Positions 13,127 through 24,483 of a DNA stretch of 64,000 nt are shown here, in pieces. The notes under the pieces were generated by a model that was not told the DNA's origin, did not search any database, and saw only the letters and a list, made by a program, of their open reading frames with translations. The position numbers and the translations under genes were made by a program. This DNA comes from Catajapyx aquilonaris. Its lineage: Eukaryota. The DNA lies in the NCBI GenBank assembly GCA_000934665.2, contig KZ538100.1, positions 124,001 to 188,000 on the forward strand, given 5' to 3'. The first letter of the stretch is position 1, and each line of letters begins with the position of its first letter.

Positions 13127-15374
13127 TATAAATTAAATATTAAGTGTCGTCGCGACTCTTTACAGTTAGCTGTTCATTTAAAGGGCCTCGATTAATTTTA
13201 CTGCGCGGTGTATACTTTAATAATCCGCGTAGTGAGATAGCTCAACGATGCTCGTCTAATTTGGCAAATGGTGGCCGTCAGTAGAGCAGCGGCAATTATT
13301 ATTATTTGAGGCTGAAGAGCAGACAGTGTGCTGTCATATTACAGGATGAATTTATACGTGCTTGACGGCAATATGGGCTCCTAACATGTCGATAATATGG
13401 GCGCAGACGCAAAGTGCGCCCCTCTCGGCCAACAGCCAGCAGCATCGCTGATACACACACACAAGTATATATAAATGCAGCAGAAAGCAGCAGCGTCGTC
13501 ATATCCAAATATATGGAACCGAAACCCTCCCCCTGTCATCGCGGCCATATATTAATACAATCCCGCACAATAATGGCTTTGCCAAAATGAAGTGCTCCGA
13601 AAATAATTAATTCTGGCAAAATGTTCTCTTTCCCAATTATCTGGGCATTTTTTCTCGTCGATATGTTACCACGCACAACCAAAACCTAGGATTTCCATTA
13701 ATCAAACCCTGCGCCCCCAGGGGGGAGGGGGGGGGAGAGGGGCAGGGGGGTGAAAATGGCCCAGCTGTAAACCTCCATGTGAGAAATAATTGGCTGCGAT
13801 GCTGTCTGCACCACCCAACCGGGCCATATCTTCTGGAGAACTCTATATACAGGGTGTCTCACCACCATTCAGAAAAACTCGTGTGCACTTATGTGGGAAC
13901 CAGACGTGTCATTTCATTTCCATGTGAAAATGGTTGCGGATACTGCCTGCGACACTCCCATCGCCTCGGAAACTGCCCACTACATCCAATCATATTGTAA
14001 ATTAAAATGTGTGAAGACACCTACATTTTAGAATGAAAAAGTGGCTTTGAAATGAACGGAAATCTGCCTGGATAATTCCTAGCCCATTGTTTCTGAATAA
14101 CGAGACTTTCACAATAATTATACGTACATAGAATGGTCCTCTATAGTGTGTGTGGAAATCTGTGTGAATCATTGCACCGTGTGTACTCGAGCAGGATAGC
14201 AGCACATCTGTGTAAAGTGTGTGCATGTTGCGTCAGAAGTGCAAGTATACAGGCCTCGAATATATGCGACAGGCGACGAGTGTATGCGCCGAAAAAGTGC
14301 AATTAATGTGCAAGCAGCGGGGAAAGTACGCATTTAAATGTATATATGAGGAGGACTCCCCCCACCCCCCCCCCCCAAAAAAAAAGGAGGATGGGAAGAG
14401 GGGGGGGGGGGTATGTGTGTGTGGTGTGGAGAGTGGATGGCGGGAAATTTGTGTCTCATAAATTCCGAGTGAGCTGAGAAAACTCGGGGTTCCTTTTTAA
14501 TGGAATTCGAGTCAAAGCGTCATTTGACTTCAAAATGAGTAGGTTCTACACCGACTGAGAGTGCTACTACTGCCTGCCGCGGGGAATATAATTCAGAGGG
14601 TTTGGAGGATGAGAAATCGCTGCTCCTGGAAAGGGTGCAAGGTGTGTATAGTCTGCTGCTGTGGGGCATCACAGCAGCAGGGTGATCCAGAAGCAGCAGC
14701 AAAATACAAATCGCAAAGTGAGTCATTGGCGGGCAATTACACGGCGTGTAAGTAGCTCTGCGGTGTAGCCTCAGCATCCGGCCTTTCTTCATTCTTTACG
14801 AGTGGGGGCGATGAGATTACGGCAGCGGCTTCCGAGCAACCGGTCCTGTGGCTTCGAATCATTAGTCTCTCTCGACTGGGGAATACCAATGAGATTTATT
14901 GCACGCCAGCTGATTCTGCTGCTGCTGCTGCTGGATGGGGAGAAAAGGCACAATAACCCTGTAATATTATAATAATTACTCGCATCACATTTGCACGCAT
15001 ATCTTCTGGATATAACATATATAAGACAATCATGGGGTTTAAACGGACTGATTTTATTGGCTAATTTATAACGCGAGTGATATATAAATATTGCGTAGTT
15101 ATCACTTCATAAGTGCGGCTTATTAGTATGGATTAGCGGCCGTTATTATCCGTAATATACTAACATTTACATGGTATTATTTGGTGTACAATAACTCTAT
15201 CGGGGCCTGATGATATTATCCATAATATTATTTGACGACTTGGCAATGCAGGTCATGCCTGCTGTTCAATTTGGTTGTGTTCTGATATATGATGATGTGC
15301 ATGCCAGCCAGCCAATTGGGTGAGAACTTTGGCAGCAAATATGGTCTGATAAGGATGCTACTACTTCCCGTCAG

Positions 15375-15550
15375 TGACACCGTCGGGAATGACGATCGAC
15401 AAGGACGGCAAGAAGAAGCACACCAGACCCACGTTCAGCGGGCAGCAGATTTTTGCCTTGGAGAAGACATTCGAGCAAACCAAGTACCTGGCAGGTCCCG
15501 AGCGTGCCAAACTCGCCTACGCCCTCGGGATGACTGAATCACAAGTCAAG
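15375..15550 (+). CDS. Nkx6: Internal coding exon of an NK6-class homeobox gene (Nkx6/HGTX orthologue): linker plus homeodomain residues 1-46
   Basis: Translates as (x)[94 protein letters not shown] is diagnostic of NK6. Acceptor cttcccgtcAG ends at 15374 (phase 1); donor AAG|GTATGT starts at 15551 (phase 0); codons are GC3-rich. Confidence 0.97.
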
Positions 15551-15582
15551 GTATGTGTTCTTTTTTAAAATTTTTTTAATAA

Positions 15583-15813
15583 CTATAGCAGGGGGACCCG
15601 TTCTTCGCACGGGGATTGATAAATAAATGTGCCAAAATTTCAGCATTTCATTTTTAAAAGACGTACATTTTGGGTATTTTGACGCAAGAAGTCGAACTTT
15701 TCCATAAATCTGTGTAAGATGCGAGTGTGCCAAGATTCGGTACTCTCGGTAGTCCGGAAGTGGGTTAGGTAGCCGTGATATACATAAATGCCAACAAACT
15801 TTCTGCTGCATAT
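15583..15813 (-). mobile_element. Non-autonomous Helitron family D, copy 1, starting 32 nt inside the homeobox intron
   Basis: Minus-strand 3' end CCCGTGCGAAGAACGGGTCCCCCTGCTATAG|T (hairpin plus CT(AT)AG). The body aligns with 61305-61553 (AGCAGAAAGTTTGTT, TCACGGCTACCTAACCC, CGGACTAC.GAGAGT, CTTGGCACACT, AAATACCCAAAAT). Confidence 0.85.
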
Positions 15814-17657
15814 AATTACCGTATTCGTGACTAAACCTATCGAAAGAAGTCCATTTGGCTAATACATTGTGGGGTGTCAGGCCCTATATAATGGGGTATG
15901 ACCCCACATTGTATGGATGAAATTGACTGGTAAGCGGGGTCATTACATCGGGTTCTGTAATCTGTCCTGTCTCCCTCCCCACAAAGTGGTCTAGATGCGT
16001 GAGATAAGTCCTCGTGCATTTCGTCGTGTATACTTTGCATGTAAATGCATTGTGGGCGGGCCTGTATATGCATATATATAGAGGGAGGGTTGCGCTTTTC
16101 ATTATTTTTGATTCCCCTCTGCCTGCTGCCCACTTACACACTGTCGAGGGACCCTCAAACACGTGCACTCTCAACCCTCTCTCCCGACTCTTTGGTGCAC
16201 ATACACGCCTCTAATATCCGCGCAGATTTTCCCACCGCACCATCATCCTTTTCCCCAACGTTTGCATCAATTGCGTCACTTAGCCAGGTGAGGTAACCAC
16301 CAAGTGATGGTTTTCCTGGGGGTACAAAAGAGTGTGTTTTTTAAAGAGGAGAAGGAGTGGGCGGAGCAATCTAGGCCATATTGCAACCCCATCCATGCAG
16401 CTCAGCCTAACCCCTGCTAGGCTGGGGCTAATCAGGTCACAAAAGGGGGGGACTGCCGCGATTGATGAGGCGGAAGGGAAATGGGGAAGCCAGTTTTCAT
16501 ATGAAAGGAAAAGGGCTTGGCTGAGGATGGAGGGGTGTTGAGATAGAGAAGGGGGGAGAATGGAGCCTCATCTCTCCCCAGCAGCATCACATAGGAGGAG
16601 GTCCTGTGAGAAGGATTTAGATGGGGGGGATGGATGACGGCCAACCAACCACCGACGCTTGCATTGCATGGACACATATATACATACATACGATGGCAGC
16701 ATGGCACTGCTGTGACGCCGAGCAAAAAGGAGGGGGAATTCCTTTCCTTGGATGGCCTCCTTGGGGACTCGCTCCTGTGGGACCCACACGAGCAAAAGGG
16801 ATGGGATGATTGCCCAGGATGCACAATGTGTGCAGCTTTGTGTAGGCTATATCCGGAGCAGGCGCCATTTTGATATCGACAGGCGCAAACAAAGGGAAAG
16901 AGTTGTAGTTGGACGGTCCGTGACGAAAACAAAGTATCATTCCGCCTTCTATGAAAATACTTTGTGCCGAAATATCATAGACGTGTTATTCGCTTACCCT
17001 GAGATATTTTACGATTAGCTGGAAACAAGTCTATAGTTGCACACTTTGCCAGAAAATGAAAGTTGTGACGATGCGTTTCGCCCTGTGATGGTGTGACCAG
17101 CAGTCCCAGTGACGAATGAAATAATACACAAATTTATACCCACTGTTGGAGTGTTTTCCGGCCAGAGGTATGCATCAATATGGCAAATATATCAAACTCT
17201 CACTGACATTCAAACCCGGATTTTTTTCGCCAGTGAGAGAATCGATAGGAGAAGAACTGAGTTTCACTTTTGCATCTGATATTATTAGGAGCATCCTCAG
17301 CCTAAAGTATCGCTCCCGAAGGTGGAATCAATCCGTCTGTTTTTAACCGCCTGTCTATGATCTTGAGCTATCTTCATCTATATACAGCTTCTAAACTCGT
17401 TATAATGGTGCTTATTAGCAACAGCAGCAGTGCGACGGTTTTTTTTGTTCCACAAGTTTCCTATAAATAATTTTGCCAATGGACTTGTTCCGTGTCCTGG
17501 GAGGGCAGGGGGAGCAGACGAGGCAAGTGAAATAAATAGGGTGGTGCAATTGGGGATTAGGTTTTATTCCCTCCGAAGTCTTTTCACAAAGGCCGGGTTG
17601 ATCGTTCCCCTATACCCGTGAAAACGCAAAATAAAAGGACGAAAATTGGAATCGAGA

Positions 17658-17680
17658 TCTCTCTCTCTCTCTCTCTCTCT
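17658..17680. repeat. (TC)n microsatellite
   Basis: Read directly. Confidence 0.9.
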
Positions 17681-19058
17681 TGGCCCCCCCTCCCCAGCAC
17701 CCTTCCTCATAGCTTCAGTCCCAGTTTTCCGGAGAAGCCATTCTCTCAATGGCGTCATTAAGGTAGGGGAATAACCGTAATAATATTTTTCCAGCCATGA
17801 AGCTAATCATTATAATGGAGCCCTGGAAAGCGCCCGTCTCCTTCCCCCCCCCCCCCTCCTCTCCCGTTCCTTTTAAGTGCAGTTGCGAGACTTTGAGCAG
17901 TTGCTCCCAGTCCGACTTGAGTAGCATCAAATGCGACCGCCTTACCCGAGCACCACAGGGTGATTCGTGAATTTCTGGCCAAAACCGGTTTGCATTGTTT
18001 ACCCCCCTTTTTCTATCACTTATTGGTATGCGATCTGCGTTTTGTTTCGCCAATTCCTCCCCCCCTGGCTCCATGCAATGCAATTGGCATCCGTGACAAT
18101 AAGCCCCTGTGGCTATTATGTACGTCGCATGATGAGCGAGCGTTGCCGGGCGTGGGAATCAGGCGTTCATGAAAGGGATCCCGATTCCAAATCAAAGCCT
18201 AGTTAACAGTGATGCGTAATGCGGATCCAACTCACTCATTATTTGGTTGATTGCTGCCATATTTGCCAGTGTGGAAAACTTTTTTTTTTCCAGAGTGTGG
18301 TGGTGGTAGAGGGGGGGGGGGCAGATGGTTTCCCCCCCCCCTCCCACTCACCCCCTCTCCCATTTCCCCCAAACCCACCCACCGACACTGGTATGTGGTG
18401 CATGACGGTCCTCCCCTGATGCTGCTGCGTCGTGCATGTTGCATGCGCGTCCAATTAAACCCGCCCAGTTATAAACTCGTGTCCACCTTCATCAATATAG
18501 TTGTCAAATAATATCAACCGATAGTTATGGGGGAGGGTGGGGAGGGGGGACGACACGGATCGATGGAGGGAGGGGTGTGGGGGGCATGGACTCCATCCAT
18601 GTCCAAAGTGAACGCTGCCAATTTGAACGGGCTTAGTTTAAACCCCGCCACATCGTCAATGCCAAAGGCTTCTCCCCTTCCTCCCCCCACCCAAACCCCC
18701 AACTAACCCGGAAAATTGGCTTGGCCCCTCTAGACTGACCGGACAATTTACACGGGGAGAAAATCGGCTGCGGTCGGAAAACAAAGGCTGCTGGGACAAG
18801 TGATTCAAACGGACTTTTGTTTGCTCTCTTCTTCTCTCTGGGTTTCGATCCCTGTGGAGCACACAGACCTGATTTAACGGAACCAATTGCTGCTGTGGTG
18901 GAAAGGAGGGGAGGCAACTAAGGCCATCAGGCATATGTAGATGGAAGGACTTGGAATCTGAAATGGAAGGAAACCCCCGAGAAAACCCGCTCTGTAGCAT
19001 AAAAACGTTTCAAAAAAAATGTTGAATGCAGGTGGAATTTCGCGATTGTTAACTAACA

Positions 19059-19217
19059 GTCCGTTAAACTAAAGAACGATATGACGTCACGTTCAACCCC
19101 GCCTCCACCAGACTCTTTCATCCAATCATATCCCCGAATCGCCCTGCAAGCACAGCACTGCGCATGCTCAAAAAACACTGCTGGTGTGACGTCAGATCGT
19201 TCTTTCGTCTAAAGGAC
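19059..19217. mobile_element. MITE-like foldback (family F)
   Basis: 32-bp inverted arms GTCCGTTAAACTAAAGAACGATATGACGTCAC / GTGACGTCAGATCGTTCTTTCGTCTAAAGGAC with 4 mismatches. The interior has CCAATCA and TGCGCATGC. Confidence 0.75.
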
Positions 19218-22200
19218 AGTAGACCTGAAGGTAGAAACCTGAACCCTGCTTGAACTCTGGAATCGAACTCGTGACCTCATAGACTTACAGCTGTGACCAG
19301 TACAATAATACAGGGGCCTGGTGGCTCGGAAAATTTTTAATTGGACATGTGTGGTAAACTGGCAGTAATCATGTCGGCATTTACCATTTTAATCACACCT
19401 GGGTTGTGTTTACATTTTAGTGGGCAAAAAGGGTGGTTGGTTCGTATTTTAAAACGCAATTTTGATGCCCCCGGCAATCAGGCCCGGTTTTAAACCGATC
19501 TAACGAATGATCAAGTTCGCATAATGGCTGAAGGTGCAACGGGGCGAGCCGCTGTGACACGCCAAATAATTGCAACAAAACGTCAGCAATGATTAATTTT
19601 GGCCTCTTTAATCCAATTATGATGGTGCCATTTGGAAGGGGGAGGGGGGGACGAGGGGAGTGGGGGGGGCGAGGTAATATTAGGATTTATACATTCTCCA
19701 TGCTGATGAGTGCCTTTTGACATCTGGCCGGTCTATTATACAGTGAAATACAGTGTAAACTCCAAATTAATCAAATAAAATACTATACACGGCACAACTT
19801 AATCTATACAGATTTGGAGATATTTTTTCATATATTTTCGACCAACATAATTCGCATATTATTCCCGTAATGGTTCTAAATATCTATAGTAAGCATGCCC
19901 AGATTTGATCACCGCATATTATAGGCATGTTGTATGTATACAGTGTGTATAATATACTCTGATTAAGATGAGCGAGATATATTTTAATGCCTTAATGATG
20001 GAACCTAATTACTGAAGTGTTGCTGATAGCGTTGGGGACTATATAGGCTCCTCGCTCCTGCCTCCATTCAAATTACATTCAAATCACGCGCACAAAAGTT
20101 GAGTTTAATTTAAGGAAGTGGGACCTTCCTAGTCCATTAACGATGCTGAATGAGATTCTGATAAGAATTAATACAACGCAGGAGGTGAAGCCGGGGAAGG
20201 GAAAATTAAGACGGCTTTTCACGTATACACAGCCCCCTTTCCTCTCTCCACGTGCTGAAGTAGGTCCAACTTTTTGAGCACGGCGCCCTCTGTTTTTATC
20301 CGGAAAAGGAAAACCCCCCTCCTCTTTTTTTTGTCTCTCTCTCTCACTTCTTTTGCTGGAAACACACGCCTCCAAAAAAAAAAGAGAGAGATGCCGGGTT
20401 TAAGGCTTGGATGGAATTGTTCATCCATCTCCGGTGCTTCATCTTGAAAGTCGATCTATTAGACAATAAGAGACATCCACTTGCATTGGCGGCTTATTTC
20501 CATTATCGTGATCCCGGTTTTCAAGCAGAGGAGCATATCAGATAGGACGCCACTCCGACGGCTATTTGTCACGACGGCGACGACGACTACGACGTCGACG
20601 AGCAAGAGAAAGAAGGAGGATCAGGCGACGCTGACATTAAACTTTACCAGGAACGAAAGGCGGAGAAACTTTTGCTTCGAGCCTACTTATCGTCCTATAT
20701 ACCGGCCATTTAAATTAATTGAAAGGCTAGATTGCTAAATGGGCGTATACCGGTATGCGATTGTGTTGCCCACAATTGGGAAATTTTTATCCTGAGTATT
20801 CAGAGCTACCAATATGCCACTTTTGCCTGCAGGGTCATCTAACTACCAGGATACAATTTTTGGCCCATTGTCTTAATATTTAAATTGTGGGAAACGTGTT
20901 TTTTTTTGTTTCAAGCCAGACTGTCCATCGTACAGTGCGTATAGTGCGTCGCAGGCATTGTTCTGAGAGTAGTTAGCATACCCTGGGTTTTTAACCTCCC
21001 CTGGGCCTTTCAAACAAAAAAAAGAGGTGGCGTCGGTGGGTGAGTTGGTGGGTGGGGGGGGCCTTTCCCAGAGGCGGCGAATGGGCGTAAAGCAAGGCGG
21101 AATCGCTGTGGTGTGTCCCAGCCAATAATTTTCATAATTTCATTTTGTTGCCAAAATTGCGGAGGCATTAGAGGAGGCTTTGGGGACCGGTTGGGATCCG
21201 CCGTTCCAGATCCCGACTTGCAAAGTCGTGTTGTTTTCCCGTGCTTTGATTTAATTCTTCTCCGGGTGATTAGCATTTTTATTGAAACCCTACGGGGATT
21301 TGGCGCGCGTTAGGGTTGGGGAAGCTGCGGCAACCCATGTGTGGAGCACCGTCGTGGCTTTATTCAATTATCTCCCTAATCCCCAATTATAGGGGGATAT
21401 CGTTTTCATTTCCGAATTTGAATACGGGGCTGAAGTGTTGGCGTCGGCGCCGTCATTCCCACAACACCCTCTCTCTCTCCTCATTCATCCATATCCATAC
21501 CCCCACCCAACCCACAGACCTTGCTTTATGTGTATAGCCTCAGCTGCACAACAATGGCTTCCGAATTGAGACGGATAAGATGCGCGGATTGCTTGCACCT
21601 CCGTCTCGGTGTCGTCAAATGTGTCGTGATGGGATATCACACTTTGAAGCATGTGGCTGTATGTCTAATAACATGTTCTGCTGGTATGGGGGGGAAAAAA
21701 GTGCGTGCCTCGAAGCGTGTTAGTGGCCAGGTGACAATTGGACGAGGCAATTAAAAGCAAGTGGGCGGAATGAGTCAGGGTCAATGAAGACACAAAATTG
21801 TCGGACCGGTATGGTCTGCCTCCAGGCATGACAGCGATGGATAATAAAACCATGTTATAGCCATGTATATGGGAGGGGAAGGGCGGGGAAGAACAGAAAT
21901 GTATAGGGGGGAGAGAAAGAAAAAATGAGAGACAAGAAATAAATAGCGTAAGGTGAGAAGAATACACAGGTGCAAAAGCAGTAGCCGATAAGACATGATG
22001 AGGGGGGAAAAAAGGGGGAACGGCCCTAGTGTTTATCTCCTTCTCTTTTCGATCGTAATAACTCTATTAAAATACCACCGAGCATGCTAAGAAGTCGGAT
22101 CGTGACATGTCCCACGGAATTGCCACTTGAAACTTCGCAAAAAAAATATATATTGCTAGCTATTAAATGCACCAAAAAAAAGAGAAGAGTGTATATTCAC

Positions 22201-24371
22201 AGCGTTTGATTCGTTTGTAAATCAGTCGTGAGAAAAGGGATTGAGATAAGGTTTAATAGGCGCATATAATCTTGATGATTTCGGTGCCACCTTTTTTTAA
22301 AAAAGTGGGGGTGGGTGGGTTGGAATTTTTTGTGTGCGTCATCATTCTCAGCAGAGATGGGAATTTAATGCATGCGAATTGTGTGCACGCCTTGCCAATT
22401 GTTATGGCAGAAGCGTGACAATGTCGGAGGGTCGGAATTTCGCGAGTTATTGCCCATTTTCTGCGCGTGCAATTTAGTAAGAAATATTGGGCAGTTGGAT
22501 GCAAATTTTATGACTAAAATTTGTACGATTAAGACGGCAATAAATATGATTTCTCATCTTATAGTATATGCTGCTGAGCGGCACTGAATCCGGAGACCTC
22601 ATTTTGGCCCCGGATTGTGGGCCACCCGGTATATTAATCCCAAGCCGAGAGTGTAGAGAGACCTGTGCTGCAGCAGCACTCACCCGCACGTTTGCAGGAT
22701 GGTAGATATATCGAGTACCTCTAACTGTCAGAAAAGTGTGTGGACCAGTTCGTGCTGCTGCTGCTGCTGGGGAAGGGCTGCTGCTGCTTCATCCGGTAAT
22801 GCGAGTAAGTTTGTGTGATGATGAGTGTTCGGGGCATGTTCGGTTGGGTTGGGTGCGCTCCAGCCGGTCCAAAGGGAGGGAAAGGAGGATGTAATTCACT
22901 GTCCGTGTCGTCTTTTAAGTCACTTCTAATCTTCCTTCTCATCATCGTCGCCATCCGTTTCACCTCCATCACAATCACCACCACATGGCGCCGCCTTTTC
23001 TTCAAGGGGGCCCTCCTGCATCATCGCCCTGATGATGATCACCATCATCATCCTCGCCTTCCTCGCCTCCATTACTCCCTTCTCCTTACCTTATTCCCTC
23101 TATAGAGCAGCTCGACGTTGATTTTCCAACCATTTGTCTCCAGCGCGGCAGCCATTTGCAGGCCTCTACAATATATACACACATCACGTATATACAGAGA
23201 GAGAGAATATATATCCCAATCCCTCTCTCTCTCTCTCTCTACATGAGCACCGGTGGGCTCGGGCAATTGCCATGCATCGATTCCAATGTACTAATATTGG
23301 CATTAATTTGAATTAATGTCCCGGGGTGAGATTTGTGAATAAAATGAACGCCCAAGCTAACTTGAATTACCAAGTAGCCGCATTATTATGTGTATGTGTG
23401 TTGTTAATCGTCGGGGAGTTTGATTAACTGTGATGATGGCGCGGGCATATAAGCGCAGGTGTGTGTGTGTGTGTGTATATGAATGACCCTTCTCTCTCTC
23501 ACCCCAACCCCCCAACCAACACACACTCTAATTTATGAATCGCCCTTCTTTTTTTTGTTGCAACAATGTCCCTTTCGATTCGCGGCGGCAGGCCATTACG
23601 GGCAATATTCCTAAAAGCAGCCCACCCACCCAGGAAGCAATCTCTCGCTTTCTCCTTAATGACAGAGCTAGGAAAGGAAGCCTCCCTCCCCCCCCCCCCT
23701 CGGTTTTGCCACTCCATGTGGCCGAGCTTGACATCCATATTAAACGCGATACATCTCAATTTTCTGGGTAAACACGCTTATTCCACTTAATTAATTCTCG
23801 TCCCAACTTGGGAGCACCTTTCGAGGGATGAAGGGAGGGATGGAGGGTTAGAGATGGAGATGAGGGATTTCTCCGGGGCTAGTCTCCTCCACATCACATA
23901 TAACAGTAGATATACAATAACCCCCCCTCCCGGTGCAGCATAATGCTCTGAGAGAGGGGAAGGGGGGAGTATAGTTTCTGTTTGTTTTCTGGAGCAGCGA
24001 CGGGAGAGCCATCTGGCGACGGGAATTACCCACTTCGAATTTGCATTATGGATGCGGAGAATTGGTTCTAATCTCGGGATTTAGCGACGCGACAATCTCT
24101 GATCCGCTGTCCGGTGGCAAGGCCAGGCAAAGGCAATAAGGGCAGCAGGAAAACGAATAGTATAACGAACGCAAATATTGTTATTACTGCCAGCACATCA
24201 AGCACCGTGCCGTCAATCCAGATTATACTGTGACTTGTGTGTTTGTTAACGCCATCTGCTCAGCTGTTAAATTGGCTGCTGACAAAAGGGCCACCACCAA
24301 TCTTGCATTTTGCAAAGCAGTGAGGGAAGGGAAGTGCCAGTCCATCAGCTCCACTTATCCATTGTTATAGT

Positions 24372-24483
24372 CGGGGCTGAAACGTGACGTCAGATCGTTC
24401 TTCGATTTAATGGACTACACGCATGAAAGCGAGCGATTTTTGTCTTCAAGCGATATCGCTTTTTTGACGTCACGATTGAGCCG
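24372..24483. repeat. Fragment related to the family F terminus, inside its own short inverted repeat
   Basis: Reverse complement of 24372-24416 (AGTCCATTAAATCGAAGAACGATCTGACGTCACGTTTCAGCCCCG) matches 19058-19101. A second TGACGTCACGATTGAGCC faces it in inverted orientation. Confidence 0.65.

Noticed and set aside
19255..19300. Minus-strand GAGGTCACGAGTTCGATTCC, a tRNA B-box-like sequence
   Set aside because: No A box or cloverleaf found; at most a SINE remnant, not a tRNA gene.
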